DNA from: Candidatus Latescibacterota bacterium
Lineage (GTDB): Bacteria; Latescibacterota; CBDEFO01
Assembly (NCBI GenBank): GCA_965237525.1
Contig: CBDEFO010000008.1
Span: 1,184,001-1,248,000, forward strand
DNA: 64,000 bases
Reading direction: 5' to 3'
Positions 1 to 11,066 of this stretch are shown piece after piece (positions within the stretch are counted from its first letter, which is position 1; each line of letters begins with the position of its first letter). The translations under genes and the position numbers were made by a program. The notes beneath the pieces are model-generated. The model saw only the letters and a list, made by a program, of their open reading frames with translations, was not told where the DNA came from and searched no databases.

Positions 1-72
1 GTGTCCCTCGTCTGCCGATGCAACGTGGGCTATGGTAGAGATCGCAATCACTAAATAGGCTAATTTGTGCAT
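1..72 (-). CDS. 5' end of a probable secreted protein (runs off window)
   Basis: Minus-strand ATG at 72 reads MHKLAYLVIAISTIAHVASADEGH, a signal-peptide-like sequence ending in ASA. Confidence 0.4.
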   Translation of the reverse strand, partial: MHKLAYLVIAISTIAHVASADEGH

Positions 73-271
73 AGAGTTATAGTGGGACGCCCCGACCTCG
101 CCCCTGCTTTTTGGATAGATCGTTCACTGTTCAAAAGATGTCTGTGTGTAGGAATAGTTTCATAAAATATTCACAGATCAAACATGAGTTTACAACATCT
201 GCACTTTACTGTCAATTAAAATACTCTTTTTATTAGGGGTAGTCTTATAGGGGTTGTCTTATAAATGAAGC

Positions 272-300
272 AAGAAATAGCCCGCCATTGCTGACGGGCT
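272..300 (-). terminator. Probable intrinsic terminator of the FG-GAP gene
   Basis: Minus strand AGCCCGTCA-GCAA-TGGCGGGCT hairpin followed by ATTTCTT, ~45 bp after the stop at 347. Confidence 0.6.
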
Positions 301-346
301 TGGTGTTCGAGATTCCGTGGACTTTTGCGAAACAGGACTAAACAGT

Positions 347-2448
347 TTATCGCATGAAGATCAGCTTTCTTATCTGCACAAATCTGTCCGTCTCCATCCG
401 ATAGAAATAGATTCCGCTGGCAAGACCTTCTCCTTTATTATTTTTTCCATCCCATACTATAGAGTAACTACCAGCTGATCTTTGACCATCCACCAGTGTC
501 GTAACCTTTTGTCCCATTATGTTGTAGACAGATAGCTTCACGGGGCTTCGGACGGGAAGGTCGTAGTGGATCACAGTCTGGGGGTTAAACGGATTCGGGT
601 AGTTCTGATGCAACGAATAGCTGTCAGGGACTTCGGAAATGCCTTCAAATTGGGGAATAACTACACTAAAGAGGCCTTCGTTCAATTGAGCGGAGATCAG
701 CGCAATTCCACTAATAGCCTCGATTTTCGAACCTATAGGCTCAAATATAATCTCCGCGATCCTGCCACTGCCCTGAACCGATTCTACCCCGGCAAAGGAT
801 AGCTTTATTCTGCCATGTTGAGCATTATGGGCGAAGAGATAGTCGGGAGTCAAGTCAGATGTCGTAGCATCTACGGCTTTGAGCTTGGTCGGATCGAAAG
901 ATAGTTCAAGTTGACCTGATAAGACACCGTCCATTTCATCTATGAGAATAGGGAGTGCAAAGCGGCCATCCTGTGTTGCCTCTATATCACCTAAAGTGAC
1001 AACCCTTTCGCCAAGCACAATTTTAGGAGTGCCTCCCGTCTCGGCAGGAAATATGGTTATTTTCCCGACAACGAACCTGAGTATCAAAGAGGCATCAAAG
1101 GCACTTATAGTGCCGTTTCCACTGACATCTGCTATCAGGGTGTCAGAGATTACAATGAGACCTACTGTGGATCTAAGCACCAAAGCAGCATCAAATGCCG
1201 TCACCCTTCCGTTGCCGCTGACATCTCCTAATCCGAGAATTTGCACAGCCCCGCCCTGTGTATTTGCCGCTGGATCGCCTTCGTTGAAGAAAAATTCCTC
1301 AAAGACCAATGGTGTGGAATCACCGATAACTGCCGAATCGGAGACTGTAAACTTGATAACGACTATATCTCCCGACCCTGACAATGTGTCAGGTCCCGGA
1401 GTTGCTATTGCGATCTTGATTGTGTCTATAGATGTTCCGATGCCCGTTACAACTGTGTCATCTATCACCCATCCCTGGGTCAGTGTTCCTTCCAACGCTA
1501 TATTTATTGCCTTTATTAGATCTGAATCGTAACTGATCTTAATCTGGGCTGAGAAGATTCCAAGCGCAGTCACGTCCTCTTCGACAGCGACAGCTACTGA
1601 AACTGTATCGCCGACCAAGGTAGATACGTTCGGGAGACTGACTGAGGCTGTGTCTACAGGAGGAGGAGATGGCATAGTAGACAGATTCAATAACACTGAT
1701 ACATTATCGCTGTTAAAATTAGCCACAGCCAGGTCATTGTCTCCATCTCCATCGAAATCCGCACTGAACGCTGAACGAGAACCATCCCCTGCGGGGTAGT
1801 CCACCCTGGGTGCAAATCTCCCATCTCCATTATTCAGCAGCACTGACACATTATCGCTGCCCTCATTAGACACAGCTAAGTCATTATCTCCATCTCCATC
1901 TATATCTGCACTGAAAACTGAAGTGGGTTGAATCCCAACAGCACTGACACAGTATTGCTGTTATAATTAGCCACAGCTAAGCCCTTATTTCCATCTCCAT
2001 CTAAATCTCCACCGAAAGCTGAACTGGCCAAAGATCCAGCTATATAGCCCGCCTTAGGGGCGAATGTCCCATCTCCGTTACTCAACAACACTGATACATT
2101 ACCGGGGTATGAACAACACGGGCCCGCATTAGCCACAGCCAGGTCACTATCTCCATCCGCGTCCAAATCACCACTGAAAATTGATTGGGGACCATCCCCT
2201 GCAAGATAGTCCACCTTAGGTGCAAATGTACCATCACCATTATTCAACAACACCGATACATTATCGCTTCTCTCATTAGCCACAGCCAGGTCATTATCTC
2301 CATCTCCATCGAAATCCGCACTGGATACTGATATGGGACCATCCCCAGCAAGATAGTTGGTCCTGGCTGCGAACGGGACTTGTGCGGACGCCGTCGTATT
2401 TAAAACGACTAACAGTGTCAGAACAGTGTAAAAGATTATACGTTGCAT
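347..2448 (-). pseudogene. Secreted FG-GAP repeat / cohesin-dockerin-cohesin / FlgD-T9SS-type C-terminal domain protein, frameshifted by an internal deletion near 1937
   Basis: Signal peptide; DxDGDGDNDLAVAN repeats; duplicated dockerin motif GDVSGNGRVTAFDA...ADVSGNGTISAFDA; two cohesin-like segments; QNYPNPFNP...SGIYFYRM tail. ORFs 1900-2448 and 347-1873 join as VSVL|GIQPTSVFSADID with a frame change. Confidence 0.8.
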
Positions 2449-2660
2449 TTTGAGCCTCCCTCTGTTTTGCGGGTTGGTAAAACTTTACCACAGCATGTCA
2501 TGATTTTTTGGTCAGGTACTGCGTAGGAAAATACAAAAGGAAATGCTGGATGTCAATAGAGAATCTCTCAGTACCCACTGGAGAATAATACTTTTCCCTT
2601 GAATTGTAATTGCATATGTGGTATCTTTCACCTTGACACTGATTCAAGGGGAGAAAGATC

Positions 2661-3818
2661 TTGGTCTATGATAATATCTCTAATGTTTTGATCGCCTTGG
2701 GCATTTTCTACTCTGCAGTTGTGGGCGCGATCTTTCTGGGGTTATACAGAAATAGAAAGGGGCGAAATACCGCTCTGTCTATGGTCTCCGTAATCGTGGC
2801 TGCCAGGAACGAGGAGGAGAACATCGAAGATTGCCTGTCGGCTCTGGCACTTCAGGACTATCCTGACGATATGTATGAGGTAGTGGTGGTAAACGATAGA
2901 TCCAGTGACGACACAGAGCAGATAGCAAGCTCTTTTGAGGATAGATATTACAACTTCAGACTGTTGAACGTTACTGGGGAGGCACTCTACGCCTGTCCCA
3001 AAAAGAATGCTTTGAACTTGGGGATCGAATCGAGCAGGGGAGAGATCGTTCTTTTAACTGACGCCGACTGTCGCCCCCCGTGTTCATGGATATCGGATAT
3101 GGTAGGGCATTTCGAGCCGGAAGTCGGACTCGTGGCGGGGGGTTCGCCCTTAGATAGGGGAGAAACCCTTATTCAGAAGATGGTCGCATTAGAATCTCTC
3201 TCTATCGCCGCCTTGTCCGCAGGGAGCGTAGGCATAGGCGTCCCCATCTCCTGTACGGGGAGGAATTTGGGATATAGAAAAGAGGCGTTCATCGATGCGG
3301 GCGGATTCGATAAGATAGGGGATGTTATATCGGGAGACGACGTATTATTTATGCGTCTTTTAAAAGAGGAGACGGATTGGAAGATAGTACACTCCCTATC
3401 ACCTGGGAGCTTCGTTCCATGTGGACCACCCCCCAGAGACTCTTATACTCTCTTCAATCAGAAGCTCAGACACTCCTCGAAAGCCGCTTATTACTCAACT
3501 TCGATCTTGTCTCTGGGGGTTATCGTATATCTTTTTCATCTTTTGCTTTTTCTACTCCTCCCCCTTTCAATTGTAAATCCAGCCAAGTACCCAGCCCCGC
3601 TTTACGCCTTTGGGATGAAGGCGTGCGTGGATTTTGTCGCTCTTTCAAAGGCGACAAGGCTATTTGGTGTAAAGGGACTTTTGAGATACTTCCCACTTGT
3701 GGAGATACTGCACATTCCATACATTGCCCTTTTCGGCCTGCTCGGATATTTTATGAAGTTCCAGTGGAAAGAGAAAAAAGTGAGCGGGGAAAAAGTTGAG
3801 CCTAAAAAGGTGCCCTAA
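2661..3818 (+). CDS. Glycosyltransferase family 2, membrane-bound
   Basis: VSVIVAARNEE, NDRSSD, KKNAL, TDAD, GDD motifs; N- and C-terminal TM helices. Confidence 0.9.
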   Translation: MVYDNISNVLIALGIFYSAVVGAIFLGLYRNRKGRNTALSMVSVIVAARNEEENIEDCLSALALQDYPDDMYEVVVVNDRSSDDTEQIASSFEDRYYNFRLLNVTGEALYACPKKNALNLGIESSRGEIVLLTDADCRPPCSWISDMVGHFEPEVGLVAGGSPLDRGETLIQKMVALESLSIAALSAGSVGIGVPISCTGRNLGYRKEAFIDAGGFDKIGDVISGDDVLFMRLLKEETDWKIVHSLSPGSFVPCGPPPRDSYTLFNQKLRHSSKAAYYSTSILSLGVIVYLFHLLLFLLLPLSIVNPAKYPAPLYAFGMKACVDFVALSKATRLFGVKGLLRYFPLVEILHIPYIALFGLLGYFMKFQWKEKKVSGEKVEPKKVP

Positions 3819-3833
3819 TTGTGAGTTTCATTC

Positions 3834-3862
3834 TTGACTCTCTTCACAGAATATGATATTTT
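3834..3862 (+). promoter_or_regulatory. Putative sigma70 promoter for the amidase gene
   Basis: TTGACT-17 bp-TATTTT with extended TG. Confidence 0.45.
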
Positions 3863-3979
3863 AATTGCACTTGCGGTCTCCTGTGTGTTCTGCATCACAG
3901 ACAAGTTTTGGATTTCCATCTAAATTTTGGTAAGGGCGAGGTTACCTTGTCCCTACTCTGAAAGATCGCTGTTTGCCCT

Positions 3980-5767
3980 ATGATCCGCGTTAAAGGAAAT
4001 TTGCGATATATTGTGGGTGTGTTCTTTTCCCTGTCTACTGTCCACTGTCTACTGTCTACTCTCTTGTGGGCCGATGACTTATTGGAGAAGGAGGTCGAGA
4101 GAGCTTACAACGAGTCCAGTAGTTATTATCACAAGATCAAAGGCGGTAAGGTGGAAGGGACCCAAGAAAACTGGGATAGGGCGGCACAGATGTTCCAATC
4201 TTTTGTAAAGAAGTATCCCCAAAGCTTCAGAACCGATGATGCCCGGTTCTCAATCGGTCTTTGCTACTGGAAGGCATCGGACTATACAAGAGCGGTGGTG
4301 GCTTTCCTTGAGGTCGCAGAACACCATCCCCAAAGTATTCTGGCGGATGACGCCCTCTACCTTGCCGGATATTCTTATTACAAGCAGGGAAAGCAAGAGG
4401 AAGCGGCAAATATCTATATCAGGCTGATTTCGGAGTATCCCCACGGGGATCAGTACTATAAGGTTCTAGCCAAATTGATGGAACACTATCAAAGTACAGA
4501 GGACATTGAAGGGCTTCAGGAGATTTACAATCAGATCGCAAGCTCTGAGGGGGAAATGGGCTGGATGGTTTCTCAGTACGTGTCCTTGATAGATCAGATG
4601 AGCCGGCAGAAATCCCAAGAATCTGAAATGAATGGCGGCAAATTGGTACAAAGAAAGGTCAGCGGCAAGTCCGGAGCCAGTAAATTTAAGAGGGGAGATT
4701 TAAGATATATACCTGAAATAAGGTTTTCGTCATCGGCGACTGCCGATAGGGCTGTGGTCGTACTGGATGGAGAGGCGAAGTACAAACTCGGCTCTCCTCT
4801 TTTAGATCCTCCCAGAGTCTATATGGACATTAAAGGGGCATTTCTAGATCCTCCTAAATATCGCCTCGAGGCCAATGGTAAGGCCGTTAAGAACATAAGG
4901 GCGTCTCAGCATTCAGAGGAAGACGTAAGGGTTGTTATGGAAATGGAGAAAATGGGAGATTTTATTCATTTTACCCTCCCAGATCCGTACAGGATCGTTA
5001 TGGACTTCTATCCTGAGGAGAATAAGTACAAAGGAAAGGAGATAAAATATAAGGATAGCAAGCAATCAGCTATCTCCTTGTCGCAGGAGTTGGGCCTGAA
5101 GATCAGGACGATCGTCATCGATCCCGGTCACGGCGGAAAGGACCCCGGAACCGGAGGGCTCGAACTCAAGGAGAAGGACCTTGTGCTGGATATTGGGAGA
5201 AAATTGAAAGAGATCCTGGATAAAGACCCCTCCTACGATGTCTATCTGACGAGAGATGGGGATATATATGTTCCTCTGGAGGAAAGGACGGCGTTTGCCA
5301 ACCAGAAGGGAGCGGACATTTTCATAAGCATACACGTCAACTCGGCTAAAAAGACGGACAAAAGGGGAATAGAGACGTATTATCTTTCGTTTGCCTCAAC
5401 CGATTGGGAAAGGGGACGGGCGGCGATTGAGAACGCTATGGCGCGAAATAAGATGAGCGATTTTGAGGATATGGTCAAAAAGATAGTCAAAGAGGAGAAC
5501 GTGAAGGATAGTAAGGACTTAGCAAAGATAGTTCAAGATGGTCTCATCAAGAGCGCCGAGCGAATAGATAGAGGCGTAAAGCGTGCCGCGTTCGTGGTGC
5601 TTGTGGGCGCACAGATGCCAGCTGTGCTAACAGAAGTCGGCTTTATCTCTAACAAAAGGGAAGCCAGGCTACTCAATACCGACTCCTACAGGCGTAAAAT
5701 TGCTCTTGGACTTGCCGAAGCGGTCAAAAACTACGCATCTAAATTCGATCTGGTTATGGGAAAATAA
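3980..5767 (+). CDS. amiC: N-acetylmuramoyl-L-alanine amidase with TPR and AMIN domains
   Basis: TPR repeats (YPQS..DDA); PPRVYMDI/DPYRIVMDF AMIN motifs; IDPGHGGKDPG, EK, SIHVN, LTEVGFISN amidase_3 motifs. Confidence 0.9.
   Translation: MIRVKGNLRYIVGVFFSLSTVHCLLSTLLWADDLLEKEVERAYNESSSYYHKIKGGKVEGTQENWDRAAQMFQSFVKKYPQSFRTDDARFSIGLCYWKASDYTRAVVAFLEVAEHHPQSILADDALYLAGYSYYKQGKQEEAANIYIRLISEYPHGDQYYKVLAKLMEHYQSTEDIEGLQEIYNQIASSEGEMGWMVSQYVSLIDQMSRQKSQESEMNGGKLVQRKVSGKSGASKFKRGDLRYIPEIRFSSSATADRAVVVLDGEAKYKLGSPLLDPPRVYMDIKGAFLDPPKYRLEANGKAVKNIRASQHSEEDVRVVMEMEKMGDFIHFTLPDPYRIVMDFYPEENKYKGKEIKYKDSKQSAISLSQELGLKIRTIVIDPGHGGKDPGTGGLELKEKDLVLDIGRKLKEILDKDPSYDVYLTRDGDIYVPLEERTAFANQKGADIFISIHVNSAKKTDKRGIETYYLSFASTDWERGRAAIENAMARNKMSDFEDMVKKIVKEENVKDSKDLAKIVQDGLIKSAERIDRGVKRAAFVVLVGAQMPAVLTEVGFISNKREARLLNTDSYRRKIALGLAEAVKNYASKFDLVMGK
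4031..4060. repeat. Heptamer tandem repeat (CTGTCTA)n; related tracts at ~23380/24830, 36547, 62197-62244, 62670-62693
   Basis: CTGTCTA CTGTCCA CTGTCTA CTGTCTA read directly. Confidence 0.75.
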
Positions 5768-5768
5768 A

Positions 5769-5811
5769 TGTCAACAAAAGTGTTGACAAGGGTGAGGTGT
5801 TTTTGTATAAT
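5769..5811 (+). promoter_or_regulatory. Consensus sigma70 promoter with a palindrome over the -35
   Basis: TTGACA (5783-5788)-17 bp-TATAAT (5806-5811); TGTCAAC-N6-GTTGACA inverted repeat at 5769-5788. Confidence 0.8.
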
Positions 5812-5912
5812 AATGGTTGTCTATAATTCAGCAAGTTGTACATAACGCAGCATATTTAGGTTTTATGTAAATTAACTACAAAACTCTCTGGGCTAAAACG
5901 TTTGGTCTTCTT

Positions 5913-6799
5913 ATGATAACAAAAACGATTCTGACATTGAGCATCCTTTTTTCCTTGGCGGGAACGATCTGTGCTGGAGACCTGATAGATTCCGGTATAA
6001 GGAACATACCAGGGGTCTGGGCTGGCTCTTTAGATCTGGGCGACTACGATGACGATGGGGATTTGGATCTGTTAATCACAGGACAGATAGGGTCACAAGG
6101 GGATTTTGGAAGAATCGCAAGGGTCTATACCAATGCCGGTGGGGCATTTCCGAACAGTGGGATACAGGAGTTAGAGGATGGCGGGATATACTTCGGTTCG
6201 GCTATATGGGGTGATTATGACAACGACGGGGATCTGGATATCGCCCTTTCAGGGTGGTCCGAAGGCAACTAGGAGATAGCCAGGATATATAAGAATAACC
6301 GCGTACAGTTTGAAAAGGATATTATACAAAATAGTATAGGTACAACACATCAGGGAAGAATAGGATTCAAGTACAGTTCGTTGGCCTTTGGGGACTACGA
6401 TGGAGACGGTGATCTGGATCTGGTAATAATGGGTATGCATGACCGTGGCTTTGCTTCAACTACGATATATATGAATGAAGACGGAAGATTTGTTATCGAC
6501 CAGGCAAACAGCGAGGCGATAGCGGATTTGAACAAGGGCGATATCTCCTTTGGAGACTACGACGATGACGGTGATGTGGATCTGGTTATCACAGGATTTA
6601 GCGCGCAGGGCACGAGGGCTTTATTTGTATACAAGAACGATCCTTTAGGCACTTTTCTGGAAGACATATCTGTCAATTTAGAAAAGGTCTCCCAGGGCTC
6701 GTTAGCCTGGGGGGACTTCGACAACGACGGGATGATGACCTTGCCCTCTCAGGTTGGAACAATCTCTGGCAATCGAAGATAATCATCTATAAAAAGAAT
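5913..6799 (+). pseudogene. Secreted FG-GAP/VCBS repeat protein: in-frame TAG at 6270, frameshift near 6730, truncated by IS1595 element
   Basis: Signal peptide and GDYDxDGDLD repeats; ORFs 5913 and 6381 share a frame; the corrected frame runs to the IR at 6800. Confidence 0.8.
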
Positions 6800-6858
6800 G
6801 GGAATTATATACAATGCTAGCCAACACCGCTAGACAAGCAATCCCCAGGGGGTCGGAA

Positions 6859-7800
6859 ATGAACCGAAAAAAGAGAACATACAAGCCAATTAAGGATATG
6901 AGCATGTTTAAGTTTGGGAAGCGGTTTCCGAACGAAGCTGTTGCCATGTCTTATGTTGAGGATTTTCGGTAGAAGGATGGGATCTACTGTCCGCATTGTG
7001 GGGTTGTTGATAACGTTCAGAAGACAAAGAACGGCAAGCCGCAACCGTATAGGTGCCGGGAGTGCCGCAAGCATTTCAGTGTCCGTACGGGGACGATCAT
7101 GGCCCAGTCCAATTTGCCTTTTACAACCTTTCTGAATGCTATTTATCTTATTGTGACACATCGCAAGGGTGTTTCAAGCACTATGCTTGCCCGTGAGCTG
7201 GGCGTCACACAGAAGACGGCATGGCACCTTGCACATCGCGTTCGCAAGGGGTTAGAGATGCCGGGGGGTTTGTTCTCTGGCCCGGTAGAAATTGACGAGA
7301 CGTATATGGGCGGCAAGGAAAAAAACAAGCATGCCAAAACGAGGTTGCATGCTGGCCGCGGCACTGTTGGCAAGATGGCGGTGGTAGGTGCTCTTGCCCG
7401 TAGGGGTGGACAGGTGCAGGCCAAGCCAGTAACAGGAACGGATAAGGACAATTTACAAGGTTTCGTAAGAGATACTGTAAGAGGTGGAGAAAAGGTCTTT
7501 ACGGACGACCACATTTCTTATAAGGGGCTGTCTGGCTTCAGTCATGACACAGTGAGACATAACGTTGGCGAGTATGTGAGGAATCAGATACACACCAATG
7601 GGATAGAATCCTTTTGGGCGTTGTTGAAACGTGGGTATTATGGGGTTTATCATTGGATGTCTGAGGCTCATTTGCATAGGTATATCCATGAGTTTTCGGG
7701 CCGGTGGAATATGGCGCGGTGGGAGACTATGGATAAGGTGGCTCATGTTGTTTCGGGTGGGATAGGCGTATCGTTGCCCTATAAGGAACTGGTGAGGTAG
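6859..7800 (+). pseudogene. IS1595-family transposase with TGG->TAG at 6970
   Basis: Near-identical to intact copy 17121-18062; CPHC..CREC zinc ribbon; EIDETY, FTDD, HTNGIESFW motifs. Confidence 0.9.
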
Positions 7801-7892
7801 ATCGTGAAAATACGGGATAAGGATTTGGTATCGTGACGCCGGGCGGAATGCACCTTGTATTGCCGAAAATTGTTCTATTGCGTTGGATAAAA

Positions 7893-7931
7893 TTTTGCTA
7901 ATACTATAAGCGGTTTTTGAGGTGTTTATGC
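7893..7931 (+). promoter_or_regulatory. Conserved cargo-expression block (putative -10, RBS GAGGTG, ATG); second copy at 18126-18164
   Basis: TTTTGCTAATACTATAA(G/T)CGGTTTTTGAGGTGTTTATGC shared by both elements directly before unrelated MTases. Confidence 0.6.
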
Positions 7932-9100
7932 AGATACAGCTTCCACGTCTTGAGGCATACGTAACACACTCAATATACCTTTCGAAGCGTACCAATGGGA
8001 CGCAGGGACGCAACCTGAAGACGAAGGAGACCGTCATCGGTCCGAACCGGTCGGAAGCTTTCCGCTTCATCGACCTGTTCGCGGGGATTGGTGGACTACG
8101 TCGGCCGTTTGAGGAAATCGGGGGGCGGTGCGTGTTCACGTCGGAGTGGGATCGGTTCTGTAAAGAAACCTATACCGCGAACTTTCCTGAACCTGTGGCC
8201 AGCGATCACGTATTTGTCGGCGACATACGCCCCGTTTCTGCGAACCCGGAGACTGTGCCGACACATGACGTTCTGCTGGCAGGATTCCCCTGCCAGCCGT
8301 TCTCGATCGCCGGTGTGTCAAAGAAGAATGCATTAGGCCAGCCCCACGGCTTCCTCTGCGATACGCAAGGCACTCTTTTCTACGATCTGGCGAAGATCAT
8401 CGACCATCACATGCCTTTGGCCTTTCTGCTTGAGAATGTGAAGAATCTTGAACGTCATGACGGCGGTCGGACCTTCGCAAGAATCATGCATGTTCTCGAG
8501 AATGAACTTGGTTACCATGTCGATACACGTGTCGTAGATTCCTCCTCGTGGGTTCCGCAGAAGCGTGAACGGATTTTCATGGTTGGGTTCAGGGAAAGGA
8601 CGGCCTTTGATTTCGATGAATTGGCAATACCGTCAGGTCCCGCACCCGTTCTTGCGGATGTCCTCGACACGGAGGCTGACTCCAAGTATACGCTTACCAG
8701 ACATCTGTGGAACTACCTGAAGGACTACAAGGAGAAGCACCGCCGGGCGGGCAACGGGTTTGGTTATTCCCTGTTCGGCCCGGATGATATCGCCCGCACC
8801 CTTTCGGCCCGATACTACAAGGACGGATCGGAGATACTGATCAAACAGAGAGGTCGGCGTCCGCGTCGCCTGACTCCTCGCGAATGTGCACGATTGATGG
8901 GCTTCGAGAAACCCGGTGAGACAAAGTTCAGGATTCCGGTTTCCGACACGCAGGCTTATCGGCAGTTCGGCAATGCTGTAGTGCTACCTGTCGTCCGTGC
9001 CATTGCCCGACTGATGAGACCGCATATCGCCGAATTGCTCGCACGGGAGGGGCGCGAACTACCTTCGCCCCAGATCGACTTTACTTTCCCCTCAATCTAA
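7928..9100 (+). CDS. dcm: DNA cytosine-C5 methyltransferase, Dcm/M.EcoRII-like
   Basis: [44 protein letters not shown] motifs. Confidence 0.92.
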   Translation: MQIQLPRLEAYVTHSIYLSKRTNGTQGRNLKTKETVIGPNRSEAFRFIDLFAGIGGLRRPFEEIGGRCVFTSEWDRFCKETYTANFPEPVASDHVFVGDIRPVSANPETVPTHDVLLAGFPCQPFSIAGVSKKNALGQPHGFLCDTQGTLFYDLAKIIDHHMPLAFLLENVKNLERHDGGRTFARIMHVLENELGYHVDTRVVDSSSWVPQKRERIFMVGFRERTAFDFDELAIPSGPAPVLADVLDTEADSKYTLTRHLWNYLKDYKEKHRRAGNGFGYSLFGPDDIARTLSARYYKDGSEILIKQRGRRPRRLTPRECARLMGFEKPGETKFRIPVSDTQAYRQFGNAVVLPVVRAIARLMRPHIAELLAREGRELPSPQIDFTFPSI

Positions 9101-9110
9101 GCAGGTTTGA

Positions 9111-9560
9111 ATGGCCTCCGACACTGTAACGCCGGATGTGCGGAGTCGGATGATGGCAGGGATCAGGGGCAAGGATACGAAACCGGAACTGGCAATCCGG
9201 TCCGCACTGCATTGTCTTGGTTTCCGGTTTCGCCTTCACCGCAAGGACCTTCCCGGGAAGCCTGACCTCGTGTTTCCAAAGCACCGCGCGGTCATGTTCG
9301 TTCATGGATGCTTCTGGCATGCCCATAACTGCCACCTGTTCAAATGGCCGAAAACCAGAACTGACTTCTGGGAACAGAAGATCAATTCAAACATCGCACG
9401 GGATGGCAAGCAGTTGACAGCCTTGACGGACAGAGGATGGCGCGTGGCAACGATTTGGGAATGCTCTCTCAAGGGCCGGACGCGGCTTCCTGTAGAGGCA
9501 ATAGCGGAGCGCTGCGCGACTTGGTTAAGATCGGACGAGGACCAACTTGTGGTCGAGTGA
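9111..9560 (+). CDS. vsr: Very short patch repair endonuclease
   Basis: RSRMMAGIRGKDTKPE, LPGKPD, VHGCFWH, WEC motifs. Confidence 0.93.
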   Translation: MASDTVTPDVRSRMMAGIRGKDTKPELAIRSALHCLGFRFRLHRKDLPGKPDLVFPKHRAVMFVHGCFWHAHNCHLFKWPKTRTDFWEQKINSNIARDGKQLTALTDRGWRVATIWECSLKGRTRLPVEAIAERCATWLRSDEDQLVVE

Positions 9561-10789
9561 TGATGAGACGCGGACAGTTGCGTGACTATTTCGCTGGCGT
9601 GGGTGGGAAGCGCCTGTCGGCGGTGGATGCCGAACCCAAGAGATCCAACCAACACGAGGTGGGTACGACGCAGGAAATGCGACAGCACTTCCTTGGCGAG
9701 ACTGAGCGGACAATCCCGGCGATCTATGTTTGGCTGGGCAGGGAGCAGGACGGTTTTACAACCGAAGGCAGTGTGACTCACTACGACGCCCGGAAGTCCC
9801 AACCCCACCGGACAGCCGAATGGCGTCTCTATTACCCTTCCAATCCCGTCACGGAAGCTATGAGCGAGGGGGACATGCTGTTTCTGGCGATGAAAGAGGA
9901 CCGGCAACTTCTGTACTTCATCGTCGCGCCGGAAAGTTCGACCAGCGTACAGCAGCTGTCTTGGCTGTTCGGCTTAGACCCGCCGGAAGGGGCCTTCGTG
10001 TCGCGGGAGTTTGCCGAGGACGGACCGGAACTGGATTTTGCAGCCCGGTTTATTCTCGATGAGATCGGAATCGAGTTCGAGGAACCGGATGCGGACAGGC
10101 TGGACAGCATCATTGACAAGTTTGGTGGGGACTTTCCCAAAACGGCCGAGTTCTCGGATCTCGCCCGCCTGACCTTGCCGGAAGTAAGGGCCGAGGACGA
10201 CCCCGATACGGCCCTGGTGGAGTGGCTGAGCCATGAGAAGGCGATGTTTCGCCGACTTGAACGGCGAATTGTTGCGAAACGTCTTGAAGAAGGATTTGTC
10301 GACAAGAGCGGGGCACCCGATGTAGACGGCTTTGTAAGGTTCTCGCTCAGTGTACAGAACAGAAGAAAGTCACGTATGGGCCAGTCTCTGGAACACCACT
10401 TGGAGGCGATATTTCGAGCCCATGATCTCACGTATGTTCGTGGTGCTGTGACCGAGGACAACCACAGGCCGGATTTTCTGTTTCCCAGCGAGGAAGTCTA
10501 TCGGTCGGCTCCTGCAACCGGTTATGGATGCCTGAGCATGCTGGGGGCCAAATCGTCCTGTAAGGATCGGTGGAGGCAGGTTCTGGCTGAAGCGGAGAAG
10601 ATATCGAGGAAACATCTGCTGACGCTGGAGACCGGAATCTCTGAGTCGCAGACAACGCAGATGGAGAATTCAGCCCTGCAACTCGTTGTGCCGGAGAAGC
10701 TTCAGGATAGGTATACAGAAAAGCAACGGCTTTGGCTGTGGAATCTTAAGGAGTTTATCCGAGACGTTGAGACTCGTAGGTGCAAATGA
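9560..10789 (+). CDS. Type II restriction endonuclease, EcoRII C-terminal family
   Basis: SVQNRRKSRMGQSLE, PDFLFP, KSSCKDRWRQVL motifs; ATG overlaps the vsr stop. Confidence 0.85.
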   Translation: MMRRGQLRDYFAGVGGKRLSAVDAEPKRSNQHEVGTTQEMRQHFLGETERTIPAIYVWLGREQDGFTTEGSVTHYDARKSQPHRTAEWRLYYPSNPVTEAMSEGDMLFLAMKEDRQLLYFIVAPESSTSVQQLSWLFGLDPPEGAFVSREFAEDGPELDFAARFILDEIGIEFEEPDADRLDSIIDKFGGDFPKTAEFSDLARLTLPEVRAEDDPDTALVEWLSHEKAMFRRLERRIVAKRLEEGFVDKSGAPDVDGFVRFSLSVQNRRKSRMGQSLEHHLEAIFRAHDLTYVRGAVTEDNHRPDFLFPSEEVYRSAPATGYGCLSMLGAKSSCKDRWRQVLAEAEKISRKHLLTLETGISESQTTQMENSALQLVVPEKLQDRYTEKQRLWLWNLKEFIRDVETRRCK

Positions 10790-10841
10790 GGTCGAAGCGC
10801 ATGGGCGAGAGGTGCAACAAGATGGAAAAAGGAGAACAGTG

Positions 10842-11066
10842 ATGAGTAAGAAAAAGAAGGCGAAGCCCAAGAGTTTACAGAAATATGAGATGAAGGTGGT
10901 CAAGAAGGAGACTATTAAGGTTGTGAAGTCTTCATACATCCCGTCGAAGGCAGAATTGGAGATGAAGATAAGTGTTCCGGAAGGCTTGGAGGGTGCGTCT
11001 TTTGATGATGTTGTCAGTGCTGCGATAAGGCCAGTGAATGTTGTGCGTACGGACAAGCCTAAGTAA
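10842..11066 (+). CDS. Small basic protein conserved at the right end of the IS1595 elements
   Basis: AGGAG RBS; paralog at 19947-20141 shares KVVKSSYIPSKAELEM..SVPEGLEGASFDDVV. Confidence 0.7.
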   Translation: MSKKKKAKPKSLQKYEMKVVKKETIKVVKSSYIPSKAELEMKISVPEGLEGASFDDVVSAAIRPVNVVRTDKPK

